The notes under the pieces are model-generated. The model saw only the letters and a list, made by a program, of their open reading frames with translations. It ran no database searches and had not been told where the DNA came from. The translations under genes were made by a program, and so were the position numbers. A DNA stretch of 32,000 nt from positions 1,740,001 to 1,772,000 of the forward strand of contig NC_012803.1 of NCBI RefSeq assembly GCF_000023205.1. Direction: 5' to 3'. The stretch comes from Micrococcus luteus NCTC 2665 (GTDB lineage Bacteria > Actinomycetota > Actinomycetes > Actinomycetales > Micrococcaceae). This document shows positions 1-8,131 of this stretch, in pieces; positions within the stretch are counted from its first letter, which is position 1, and each line of letters starts with the position of its first letter.

Positions 1-793
1 CCCGGTACGCCAGCTCCTCCCGGTCGATGCCGGCGGCGTCGAGTCCGGCCAGGTCGTCCACGCGCAGCCCGGAGAGCTCCTGCATGGTCAGCACGCGCGA
101 GGTGGTCAGGTCCCACTCGATCCACGGGAACCGCACGCCCGGGGTGTCCCGGAAGCCTGCTGCGATCTCCTCGCAGGCCCGCGCCTCCACCACGTAGTCG
201 AGCTCGGCGCGCAGGGAGCGGTCGAACTCGTCCACCATGGTCGGCACGTCCAGGTCGGCGACGGTCCGCGAGGCCCGCGACCACGTGGCCGCCAGCGTCC
301 GCAGGATCTCCAGGTCCGCCTGGACCTGCTCCACCACACCGGGCTTGCGGACCTTCACGACGACGGAGCGCCCGTCATGCAGGCGCGCACGGTGAGCCTG
401 GCCGATGGAGGCGGTGGCCAGGGGCGCCCGGTCGAACCAGGCGAACAGGGTGTCGACGTCGGCGCCGAGGTCCTCCTCCACCGTCCGGGCGATGGCCTCG
501 AAGGGCACCGCCGTCGTGCTGTCCGTGAGGCGGGCGAATGCCGCGCAGTAGGCCTCGGGGAACAGGTCCGGGCGCGCCGAGATCAGCTGCCCGAGCTTCA
601 CGAAGGTGACGCCCAGCTCCTCGAACGTGCGCACGAACAGCTCGGGGCGGGCCTCGGCGTCGATGCCCAGGTGCGGCTCCCCCTCCTCGAGGGGCAGCCA
701 CCGGGAGAGCCCGGCCTGCACGGCCGTGGCCATGAGGCCGTTGCGGGCCATGACGTGGGCGATCTCGCGGTAGCGCTGCAGGTGGAGGGCCAT
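1..793 (-). CDS. ABC1/UbiB-family atypical kinase, N-terminal part (gene runs off the left edge)
   Basis: Absent from the ORF track because there is no stop in-window. My translation of the minus strand from ATG (complement of 791-793) reads MALHLQRYREIAHVMARNGL...FVKLGQLISARPDLFPEAY...LATASIGQAHRARLHDGRSVVVKVRKPGV. These are ABC1/AarF-domain motifs. GC3 is high in this frame. Confidence 0.8.
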   Translation of the reverse strand, partial: MALHLQRYREIAHVMARNGLMATAVQAGLSRWLPLEEGEPHLGIDAEARPELFVRTFEELGVTFVKLGQLISARPDLFPEAYCAAFARLTDSTTAVPFEAIARTVEEDLGADVDTLFAWFDRAPLATASIGQAHRARLHDGRSVVVKVRKPGVVEQVQADLEILRTLAATWSRASRTVADLDVPTMVDEFDRSLRAELDYVVEARACEEIAAGFRDTPGVRFPWIEWDLTTSRVLTMQELSGLRVDDLAGLDAAGIDREELAYR

Positions 794-836
794 GACGCCC
801 ACGCTACCGACCGCGCGGAGGGACGGGCCCCGCCGC

Positions 837-2234
837 TCAGTCGGCGTACCGCAGGGCGCCCGGCCGGGCCCGCGCGTCGGCCCCGATCCGCACCCCGTCC
901 GCGAGCGCGCCCGCCGCCCGCAGCTCCCGCAGCCTCGCCAGCACCCGGTCCCGCACGTCCCACGGGCTGAGGGTGTTGACGTTGATCTTGGTGGCGCCCT
1001 CGAAGCCGGCGAGTGTGGAGACGCGCCACTTAAGCATCACGCGCCAGGGCATCGGGGACGCGACGCCGGGCGGGCGGGTGTGCCATTCCTCGTTGGAGGG
1101 GACGTCGGGCCCGGTGGCCGCGTGGGCGGCGTGCAGCAGGTCGGACAGGGCGCGCAGCTCGGCCGCGGACTGCCGCCACGGCTGCCCCACCGGGCTCGTG
1201 GAGTAGACCTCGACCGTCGGGTACCGGTGGCCGAAGCCGGCGAACATCACGGCGTGCTCGTTGGCGGCGATCACGAGGTCGTGCGCCACGGCCACGTCCA
1301 GCGCGGCGTGGTTGAACACCTGCGGGTCCTCGCGCAGCCGGTCCAGGGCGGCGGCGTTCTGCGCGCCGACCTCGTCGATGGCCACGAGCTGCTTGTGCAG
1401 GTGGTCGAAGGAGGCGCCGGCGGGCTTGAGCCAGTTCTGGAACACGGAGACGTACCGCACGGCGGGCGTGGTCGCGTAGAGGTCCCGCATCGCGTCGGCG
1501 GTCAGGGCCAGGAACGCGTGGTGCTCGTCCGGGGTGAGGGTGCCCGAGGAGGCGAGCTGGTGGTCGTCGACGGCACCGTCGACGAAGTGCCGCCGGGCGA
1601 TCACGACGTCGTGCGTGCCGCCGAAGAACGCGGCCGACGCCGCGATCAGCTCCGCTTCGGACGTCGCCGCCGCCTCCTCGGCGGAGCGGCCGGAGGCGCG
1701 CAGCTTCGCGGCGACGACGGCGCGCACATGGGCGCGGCCGGCCTCGGTGGCCAGGTACTCGTCACGACGGCGGCGCGCGTCCGGGGAGGGTTCGTAGCCG
1801 TGGTTGAGACGCCAGTAGTCGTAGCTGAGGATCTCGAAGAGGTTGGGGACCCGCCGGAAGGCGGGGGTCGTCTCCCCGAGCTGCTCCGCGGCCAGGTGCC
1901 GCAGGATCTGCCAGGCCGGGGCGCCGTCGTCGGCCCTCGTGGAGACGATGCGTGACTTCTCCGGCGGCGTCTCCAGCAGGCGGTGCTCGCAGAAGGCACA
2001 GTGCCGGCCATGCTGGGCGGGGTCGAGAGGCTGCGGGGCGGGCCGGACGAGGCCGAGCGGGCGGTGGCCGCGGCCGGGCACGGTCCAGACCTCGGTGCCG
2101 GTGAAGGGGTTGCGCTGCTTGACGGTGCCGTCCGGCAGTCGGGTGAGGGGCTCGCTCACAGACGGGTGCACGAGGCCAGGATACGAGGCGGTGTCGGCCC
2201 GGAGGGCCGAGCCCTGTTCGCCGTCGTCGATCAC
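837..2234 (-). CDS. DUF4921 / galactose-1-phosphate uridylyltransferase-like (HIT superfamily) protein
   Basis: 465-aa ORF. It has CAFCEH near the N-terminus and DHLHKQLVAIDE (a His-x-His-x-Gln nucleotidyl-transfer motif). The N-terminal KQRNPFTGTEVWTVPGRGHRP resembles actinobacterial DUF4921 proteins as I remember them. The exact start is uncertain. Confidence 0.7.
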   Translation of the reverse strand: MIDDGEQGSALRADTASYPGLVHPSVSEPLTRLPDGTVKQRNPFTGTEVWTVPGRGHRPLGLVRPAPQPLDPAQHGRHCAFCEHRLLETPPEKSRIVSTRADDGAPAWQILRHLAAEQLGETTPAFRRVPNLFEILSYDYWRLNHGYEPSPDARRRRDEYLATEAGRAHVRAVVAAKLRASGRSAEEAAATSEAELIAASAAFFGGTHDVVIARRHFVDGAVDDHQLASSGTLTPDEHHAFLALTADAMRDLYATTPAVRYVSVFQNWLKPAGASFDHLHKQLVAIDEVGAQNAAALDRLREDPQVFNHAALDVAVAHDLVIAANEHAVMFAGFGHRYPTVEVYSTSPVGQPWRQSAAELRALSDLLHAAHAATGPDVPSNEEWHTRPPGVASPMPWRVMLKWRVSTLAGFEGATKINVNTLSPWDVRDRVLARLRELRAAGALADGVRIGADARARPGALRYAD

Positions 2235-2361
2235 GCAGGTCGGGCTCGGCGACCTCCGGCGTGATCATCCCCACGGCCACCCGTGACGCGGGTACGCTGA
2301 TCGCTGTTCCACGTCACAGCGCTCTCGCTCGACTCGTCTCACCCGCACGGAGGCCTCACCC

Positions 2362-3876
2362 ATGTCGTCCCGCATCCACCACCCCGGCCTCCGGTCGAAG
2401 GTGATGTCCGCCGCGGAGGCGGCGGCGTTCATCCAGCACGGCACCACCGTGGGCATGAGCGGGTTCACGGGGTCCGGCTATCCGAAGGCCGTGCCGACGG
2501 CGCTGGCCGAGCGGGCCAAGGAGCTGCACGCGCGCGGCGAGGCGTTCCGCATCAACCTCCACACGGGGGCGTCCACCTCCGCGGAGATGGACGGTGCGCT
2601 GGCCGAGGCGGACGCCGTCGCGCTGCGCACCCCGTTCCAGTCGGACCCGACGATGCGCGCCAAGATCAACGCGGGCGCGATCGAGTACATCGACACGCAC
2701 CTGTCCCACCTGGCGCAGAGCGTGTGGAACGGCTTCTACGGGCCCATGACCACGGCGGTGATCGAGGTGTCCGGGATCCGCGAGGACGGCCGTCTCGTCC
2801 CCAGCTCCTCCGTGGGCAACAACAAGTCCTGGATCGACCTGGCGGATCAGGTGATCCTCGAGGTCAACTCGTGGCAGAGCGAGGACCTCGAGGGTCTGCA
2901 TGACGTCTACTACGGCACCGCGCTGCCCCCGCACCGCACGCCGATCATGCTCACCCACCCCGCGGACCGCATCGGTGAGACGTACCTGCGGTGCGATCCG
3001 GCCAAGGTGGTGGCCGTCGTCGAGACCCACGCCCCGGACCGGAACTCTGCCTTCAAGCCCGCCGACGCGGACTCGATCGCGATCGCCCAGCACCTCGTGG
3101 AGTTCTTCGAGCACGAGGTGGCCCAGGGCCGGTACGACGAGCGGCTGCTGCCGCTGCAGTCGGGCGTGGGCAACATCGCGAACGCGGTGATGTCCGAGCT
3201 CGTGAAGTCCCGGTTCACGGGCCTGTCCGCGTTCACGGAGGTGGTGCAGGACGGCATGCTCGACGCCCTGGACTCCGGCACCCTGGCGACCGCGTCCGCG
3301 ACCGCGTTCTCCCTGTCCACCGAGGCCGCCGAACGGTTCAACGACAACGCCGCGAAGTACCGGGACAAGCTGATCCTGCGCACCCAGGAGATCTCCAACC
3401 ACCCCGAGCTCGTGCGCCGCCTCGGCATCCTCGCCATGAACGGCATGCTCGAGGCCGACCTGTACGGCAACGTGAACTCCACGCACCTGATGGGCACGAA
3501 GATGATGAACGGTCTCGGCGGCTCCGGCGACTTCGCCCGCAACGCGTTCACCTCGTTCTTCCTCACCCCGTCCACGGCCAAGGGCGGGGACATCTCCTGC
3601 ATCGTGCCGATGGTCTCGCACGTGGACCACACCGAGCACGACGTGCACGTGGTGGTCACCGAGCAGGGGCTGGCCGACCTGCGCGGCCTCTCCCCCAAGC
3701 AGCGCGCCCGCACGATCATCGACACGTGCGCGCACCCGGACTACAGGGAGCAGCTGCGGGACTACTTCGACCGCGCGATGCGTGAGTCGGACGGCCTGCA
3801 CACCCCGCACCTGTTGGGCGAGGCCCTGTCCTGGCACCAGCGCTTCCTCGAGACCGGGACGATGCGTCAAGGCTGA
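2362..3876 (+). CDS. acetyl-CoA hydrolase/transferase family protein (succinyl-CoA:acetate CoA-transferase-like)
   Basis: 504 aa with GMSGFTGSGYPKAVP, LQSGVGNIANAV and NGLGGSGDF motifs typical of the Cat1/AarC/Ach1 family. GGAGG lies about 9 nt upstream of ATG 2362. Confidence 0.9.
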   Translation: MSSRIHHPGLRSKVMSAAEAAAFIQHGTTVGMSGFTGSGYPKAVPTALAERAKELHARGEAFRINLHTGASTSAEMDGALAEADAVALRTPFQSDPTMRAKINAGAIEYIDTHLSHLAQSVWNGFYGPMTTAVIEVSGIREDGRLVPSSSVGNNKSWIDLADQVILEVNSWQSEDLEGLHDVYYGTALPPHRTPIMLTHPADRIGETYLRCDPAKVVAVVETHAPDRNSAFKPADADSIAIAQHLVEFFEHEVAQGRYDERLLPLQSGVGNIANAVMSELVKSRFTGLSAFTEVVQDGMLDALDSGTLATASATAFSLSTEAAERFNDNAAKYRDKLILRTQEISNHPELVRRLGILAMNGMLEADLYGNVNSTHLMGTKMMNGLGGSGDFARNAFTSFFLTPSTAKGGDISCIVPMVSHVDHTEHDVHVVVTEQGLADLRGLSPKQRARTIIDTCAHPDYREQLRDYFDRAMRESDGLHTPHLLGEALSWHQRFLETGTMRQG

Positions 3877-3946
3877 CGGCCCGCCGGGCCGGACACCTGC
3901 GGTACACCTGCGGAACGGGCCGCGCCTCGCGGCGGGGTGAGATCAC

Positions 3947-3976
3947 GCCGGCTCCGGGCGCGCGCCCGGAGCCGGC
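3947..3976. terminator. GC-rich perfect palindrome between convergent genes (candidate bidirectional terminator)
   Basis: GCCGGCTCCGGGCG cg CGCCCGGAGCCGGC has 14-nt arms and sits between the stop of the CoA-transferase gene (3876) and the stop of doxX (4003). There is no obvious U-tract. Confidence 0.45.
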
Positions 3977-4002
3977 ACAGGCCCGCGGGGCCGGCGACGG
4001 CG

Positions 4003-4428
4003 TCAGCCGCGCCCGCCCTGCTCCCGTTCGGGGATTCCCGCGGCCCACAGGGCGGCCGCGATGAGGGCGGGCTGGCCGAACAGCCGCGCCAGGCGGCGGC
4101 CGTCCGTGTCCAGCCCGAAGCCGTCCTTGCGCTCGGCGTACTGCCCGATGTTCCCGGGGTAGATCGCGGTGTAGAAGGCCGCCAGGGCGGTGCCGGTCAG
4201 GCGACGCTGCCCGGGGAGCGCCAGCAGAGCGGCCCCGAGGCCGATCTCGGCCACGCCGGATCCGAGCACCACGAGGTCCGCCGGGAGCGGGACCCACGAG
4301 GGCACCTGGGCGCGGAACTCACGGCGCGCCACGGTGAGGTGGGACAGCCCCGCGGCGGTCATGAACCCGCCGAGGCCGAGGCGGGCGGCGGTCTGCGAGA
4401 GGGGGACGGACTGCCGACGCTTCGTCAT
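4003..4428 (-). CDS. DoxX-like small integral membrane protein
   Basis: I take the start as ATG at the complement of 4426-4428 (MTKRRQSVPLSQ...), not the track start at 4491. There are about 4 hydrophobic segments, and the pattern resembles the DoxX/YkgB-type (...FRAQVPSWVPLP...GSGVAEIGLGAALL...IYPGNI...). Its ATG overlaps the ohr stop (ATGA), implying co-translation. Confidence 0.6.
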   Translation of the reverse strand: MTKRRQSVPLSQTAARLGLGGFMTAAGLSHLTVARREFRAQVPSWVPLPADLVVLGSGVAEIGLGAALLALPGQRRLTGTALAAFYTAIYPGNIGQYAERKDGFGLDTDGRRLARLFGQPALIAAALWAAGIPEREQGGRG

Positions 4429-4847
4429 CACGCCTCCCCGAGCTCGAGGACGACGTCGATGTTGCCCCGGGTGGCGTTCGAATAGGGGCACACCTGATGC
4501 GCCTGCTCCATGAGGGCGCGGGCCTGCTCCGCGGGGACATGGGGCAGCACGACCTCGAGGGTGACCTCCAGGCCGAAGCCCTCACCCTGGCGGCCGATGC
4601 CCACGCGCGCGCCGACGGAGGAGTCGGTGATGTCGGCACGGGAGGCGCGGGCGACCATCTGCAGGGCCGAGTGGAAGCACGCGGCGTAGCCGGCGGCGAA
4701 CAGCTGCTCGGGGTTGCTGCCCTGGCCGGAGCCGCCCATCTCGGTGGGCACGGCGAGGTCGAGGTCGACCCGCCCGTCGGTGGTGCGGACATGGCCGTCA
4801 CGGCCGGCGCCGGTGCTGAGCGCCTCGGCGGTGTAGATGGTCTCCAT
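4428..4847 (-). CDS. ohr: organic hydroperoxide resistance protein (OsmC/Ohr family)
   Basis: METIYTAEALSTGAGRDGHV... carries the two conserved Cys contexts AACFHSA and QVCPYSNATRGNI. The second ATG (4847) has AAAGGA 6 nt upstream. The track ORF starts 5 codons earlier (4862). Confidence 0.9.
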   Translation of the reverse strand: METIYTAEALSTGAGRDGHVRTTDGRVDLDLAVPTEMGGSGQGSNPEQLFAAGYAACFHSALQMVARASRADITDSSVGARVGIGRQGEGFGLEVTLEVVLPHVPAEQARALMEQAHQVCPYSNATRGNIDVVLELGEA

Positions 4848-4958
4848 GGGAGGTCCTTTCATCCGCCCGCCCCGTGCGGGACGAGTCGGCTCCAGCCTGC
4901 CACCCGGTTAGGTCGCGCGCAACCAAGTCGCTCCCCAGCGACCACTAGAATCGCTCCC

Positions 4959-5447
4959 ATGGATGCCGCGCCGACCCCCAGCCTCGCCCTCGAGGACCAG
5001 CTCTGCTTCGCCCTGCACCGGGCGGCGCGCGCCGTCACGCGCGGCTACGGCCCCCTGCTGTCCCGCCTCGGCCTCACCTACCCGCAGTACCTCGTGATGC
5101 TCACCCTGTGGCAGGTGGAGGGTGATGCCTCGGCCGAGACGGATGCGTCGACACCGGACGCCGGGGCGCTGGGGGTCGGGGCGCTGCGGGACCGGCTCGG
5201 CATGGACAACGGCACCATCACGCCTCTGGTGCGGCGCCTGGCCGGCATGGGGCTCGTCACGCGGGAGCGCGACGTCCGCGACGAGCGGCGCGTGCTGGTG
5301 CGGCTGACGGACGAGGGGCGGGCGCTGCGGGCGTCCGCCCGAACGGTCCCGGTGGACGCCCTCACCCGGATCCCCCTCGACGTCGCCGAGCGCCAGGTCC
5401 TCATGGACCAGCTGAACCGGATCACCGAGGCCGTCGGGGCGCGCTGA
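4959..5447 (+). CDS. ohrR: MarR-family redox-sensing repressor, OhrR-like
   Basis: Internal start MDAAPTPSLALEDQLCFALHRAARAV... (ATG 4959) lies within the longer track ORF 4497-5447. It has the conserved N-terminal sensing Cys in a QLCFAL context and a winged-helix LTYPQYLVMLTLW. It is divergent from ohr across a 111-bp gap. Confidence 0.85.
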   Translation: MDAAPTPSLALEDQLCFALHRAARAVTRGYGPLLSRLGLTYPQYLVMLTLWQVEGDASAETDASTPDAGALGVGALRDRLGMDNGTITPLVRRLAGMGLVTRERDVRDERRVLVRLTDEGRALRASARTVPVDALTRIPLDVAERQVLMDQLNRITEAVGAR

Positions 5448-5461
5448 GACGGCGGGAGCGG

Positions 5462-5480
5462 CCCGCGCGCGGAGCGCGGG
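5462..5480. terminator. short GC hairpin between convergent ohrR and hydrolase genes
   Basis: CCCGCGC gcgga GCGCGGG is a 7-bp stem with a 5-nt loop, located between stop 5447 (+) and stop 5481 (-). Confidence 0.3.
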
Positions 5481-6287
5481 TCAACGCACCCGGTCCAGGA
5501 TCGCCCGGGCGACGGCATCCGCCTCACGCTCGGGCAGCCAGTGGTCCGCGTCGAGCTTCACGAACCGGTACTCCCCCGCCACCTGCCCGGCCGTGAGCTC
5601 GGCGGCCCGCGGCCCCAGGGCCGCGTCCCGGGTGCCCCACACGTACGTGGTGGGGACCGACACGGGCGCGCTGCGCGGGGTGGTCACCAGATCCGGGTTC
5701 GCCCGATACCAGTTCACCGGACCGCGCAGGCTCTGCGGTGTGGAGAACCGGCGGGCGTAGTGCTCCGCCCCGGGGACCTGCCCCCGCTGCAGCAGGGAGC
5801 CCAGCCTTCGCGAGAGGATCCGTTCGGGGAGGACCGGTGCCTGGAAGGCGGCGATGTACCAGCTGCGGCGCAACTGGTCCGGGCCGCGCAGGGCGCGGGC
5901 CAGGGCGGCCGGATGCGGCGTGGACAGGACGGTCAGGGACGCGACGCGCTCGGGGTGGGCGGTGGCCAGCCCCCAGGCGACGGCGCCGCCCCAGTCATGG
6001 CCCACGACGTGGACGCGCCGCGCCCCCGCCGCGTCCGCCAGCGCGACGGCGTCCCCCACGAGCGCCGGGAGGCGATAGGCCGCCGTCGCCCGCGGAGCGG
6101 CCCCCGGGGAGTAGCCGCGCTGATCCGGGGCGAGGGTGCGCAGCCCCGCGGCGTGCAGCAGCGGCTCGACATGCCTCCAGGACGTGGCGTCCTGCGGGAA
6201 GCCGTGCAGCAGCAGGACCACCTCCCCCTCGGCCGGGCCGCCGTCGCGGACGTCGAAGGTCAGGCCCTGATGCCGGAAGGTGTCCAT
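5481..6287 (-). CDS. alpha/beta hydrolase (epoxide-hydrolase / haloalkane-dehalogenase-like)
   Basis: Start MDTFRHQGLTFDV (complement of 6285-6287). The upstream 101 codons of the track ORF overlap the next gene and look non-coding. Motifs are HGFP (oxyanion), GHDWGG (Asp nucleophile elbow) and a C-terminal DHW. Confidence 0.85.
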   Translation of the reverse strand: MDTFRHQGLTFDVRDGGPAEGEVVLLLHGFPQDATSWRHVEPLLHAAGLRTLAPDQRGYSPGAAPRATAAYRLPALVGDAVALADAAGARRVHVVGHDWGGAVAWGLATAHPERVASLTVLSTPHPAALARALRGPDQLRRSWYIAAFQAPVLPERILSRRLGSLLQRGQVPGAEHYARRFSTPQSLRGPVNWYRANPDLVTTPRSAPVSVPTTYVWGTRDAALGPRAAELTAGQVAGEYRFVKLDADHWLPEREADAVARAILDRVR

Positions 6288-6313
6288 GCCGCCCCCGAGT
6301 GCGCCGTCGCCCG

Positions 6314-7324
6314 TCACAGCCGGACGAGCATCTTCCCCGTGTTGGCACCCTCGAGCAGGTCGATGAACGCCTGGGGTGCGTTCTCCAGACCCTCCCGGAC
6401 GGTCTCGTCCCACTGGATCTTCCCGGCGGCGACCCACGGGCCCACGCGCTCCAGGAACTCGGGGCGGACCTGCGCTGCGTACTTCTGCAGGACGAAGCCG
6501 CGCAGGGTCAGGCACTTGCCGATCGCCAGGGCGAGGTTGCGCGGGGCGGCCGGCGGCTCCGTCGAGTTGTACTGGGCGATCGCGCCGCACATCGCCACGC
6601 GGCCGTCGACCCGCATCGCGGCGATGGCGGCCTCGAGGTGGTCGCCGCCCACGTTGTCGAAGTAGACGTCGATGCCCTCCGGCGCCGCCTCGGCCAGCAG
6701 ATCGGTGGGCGAGCCGTCGTGGTAGTCGAACGCGGCGTCGAAGCCCAGCTCCTTCACCCGCGCCACCTTCTCGGGCGTGCCCGCCGAGCCGACCACGCGC
6801 GAGGCGCCCAGCAGGCGGGCGATCTGGCCGGCGACCGAGCCGACGGCCCCCGCGGCGCCCGAGATGAAGACGGCGTCGCCCTCCTGCATCTCGGCCACGT
6901 GCACGAGGCCGGTGTAGGCGGTCAGACCCGTCATGCCCAGCACGCCCAGGTAGGTGCTGTCCGAGAACTGGGAGGTGTCCACGGCCTGGACGGTGTCGCC
7001 GTCGAGGACGGCGTGCTCGCGCCAGCCGAGGCCGTGGAGCACGGACGTGCCCTCCGGCACGTCGGCGTGGCGCGAGGCGATCACGGTGCCCACCGCGCCG
7101 CCGTCGAGGGGGGCGTCGAGCTGGAACGGGGGCACGTAGGACTCGACGTCGTTCATGCGGCCGCGCATGTACGGGTCCACGGACATCACGGTGTTGCGCA
7201 CGAGGACCTGGCCCTCGGCGAGCTCGGGGAGCTCGACCTCCGTGAGGCGGAAGTTCTCCGGCGTCGGGGCGCCGTGGGGGCGGGAGGCGAGGTGGATCTC
7301 GCGCGTGCGGGTGGGGGTGCTCAA
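6314..7324 (-). CDS. NADP-dependent oxidoreductase, medium-chain dehydrogenase/reductase family (YncB/PTGR-like)
   Basis: Probable TTG start at the complement of 7322-7324 (LSTPTRTREIHLASRP...) with GAGGAG 6 nt upstream. It has a GAAGAVGSVAGQIA Rossmann motif and family-typical MSVDPYMRGRM. The track ORF extension to 7726 overlaps the DJ-1 gene. Confidence 0.85.
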   Translation of the reverse strand: MSTPTRTREIHLASRPHGAPTPENFRLTEVELPELAEGQVLVRNTVMSVDPYMRGRMNDVESYVPPFQLDAPLDGGAVGTVIASRHADVPEGTSVLHGLGWREHAVLDGDTVQAVDTSQFSDSTYLGVLGMTGLTAYTGLVHVAEMQEGDAVFISGAAGAVGSVAGQIARLLGASRVVGSAGTPEKVARVKELGFDAAFDYHDGSPTDLLAEAAPEGIDVYFDNVGGDHLEAAIAAMRVDGRVAMCGAIAQYNSTEPPAAPRNLALAIGKCLTLRGFVLQKYAAQVRPEFLERVGPWVAAGKIQWDETVREGLENAPQAFIDLLEGANTGKMLVRL

Positions 7325-7362
7325 GGTGGTCTCCTCGGGGTCGGGGCGGCGGGATCGGGGGG

Positions 7363-8046
7363 TCAGCGGGCGAGCAGGTCGAGGACGCGGCGGGCGGCGT
7401 CGGCGGAGGAGGCCGGGTTCTGGCCGGTCACCAGGGTGCCGTCCGTGACCACGAAGCTCTCCCCGTCCGGGCCCTTGCGGTAGTCCGCGCCGGCGGCGAT
7501 CAGCGAGTCCTCGACGAGGAACGGGACGACGTCCGTCAGCTGGGCGGCCTCCTCCTCGCCGTTGGTGAACCCGGTGACCTGACGGCCGCGCACGAACGGG
7601 GTGCCGTCGGCGGCGGTGATCGGGTGCAGGATCCCGGGCGCGTGGCAGACGAGGCCGAGCGGGCGCCCGGCCGCGTCGCTGTCGAGGATGATCCGCGTGG
7701 AGTCGGCGTCGGACACCAGGTCCCACAGCGGGCCGTGACCGCCCGGGTAGAAGACGGCGTCGAACCCGTCCACGTCCACCTGGGCCAGGGGCGTGGTGTG
7801 GGCCAGGGCGGCCTTGGCCTCCTCGTCCTGGTCGAACCGGCGGGTGGCCTCGGTCTGCATCTCCGGCTTCGAGCTCGTCGGGTCGATGGGCGGCTGGCCG
7901 CCGCGGGGCGAGGCGAGGGTGACCTCGTGGCCGGCGTCCGTGAAGACGTAGTAGGGCGAGGCGAACTCCTCGAGCCAGAACCCGGTCTTGCGGCCGGTGT
8001 CGCCCAGCTGGTCGTGCGAGGTGAGGATCATCAGGATGCGGGACAT
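7363..8046 (-). CDS. DJ-1/PfpI-family type-1 glutamine amidotransferase-like protein
   Basis: MSRILMILTSHDQLGDTGRKTGFWLEEF... with a nucleophile elbow GLVCHAPG. The start is taken at the second Met (8046). Confidence 0.85.
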   Translation of the reverse strand: MSRILMILTSHDQLGDTGRKTGFWLEEFASPYYVFTDAGHEVTLASPRGGQPPIDPTSSKPEMQTEATRRFDQDEEAKAALAHTTPLAQVDVDGFDAVFYPGGHGPLWDLVSDADSTRIILDSDAAGRPLGLVCHAPGILHPITAADGTPFVRGRQVTGFTNGEEEAAQLTDVVPFLVEDSLIAAGADYRKGPDGESFVVTDGTLVTGQNPASSADAARRVLDLLAR

Positions 8047-8131
8047 GTCGGGAGCCCTTTCGTTGGTGGGTACTGAACTCTCATGGTCGTACACAACCGA
8101 ATCTCGGGCAAGGGTGACGGTGCCCGGGTCG

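Noticed and set aside
2356-3870. 504-aa antisense ORF mirroring the CoA-transferase gene. Similar long shadow ORFs: 792-1955 (+), 5738-7483 (+), 7988-9466 (+), 9441-10667 (+), 10974-12536 (+), 18468-19994 (+), 23258-24316 (-), 30026-31270 (-), 30139-31392 (-).
   Set aside because: These are typical high-GC antisense or off-frame open frames. Their translations are Arg/Gly/Pro/Ala-rich with no motifs, and the opposite-strand or alternative frame in each case has clear family motifs and high GC3.
4497-4958. 154-codon upstream extension of the ohrR ORF; likewise the extensions of ORFs 5481-6590, 6314-7726 and 14120-15166
   Set aside because: The extensions overlap neighbouring genes on the same or the opposite strand and lack coding character. 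Internal starts give proteins of canonical family length with proper N-terminal motifs.
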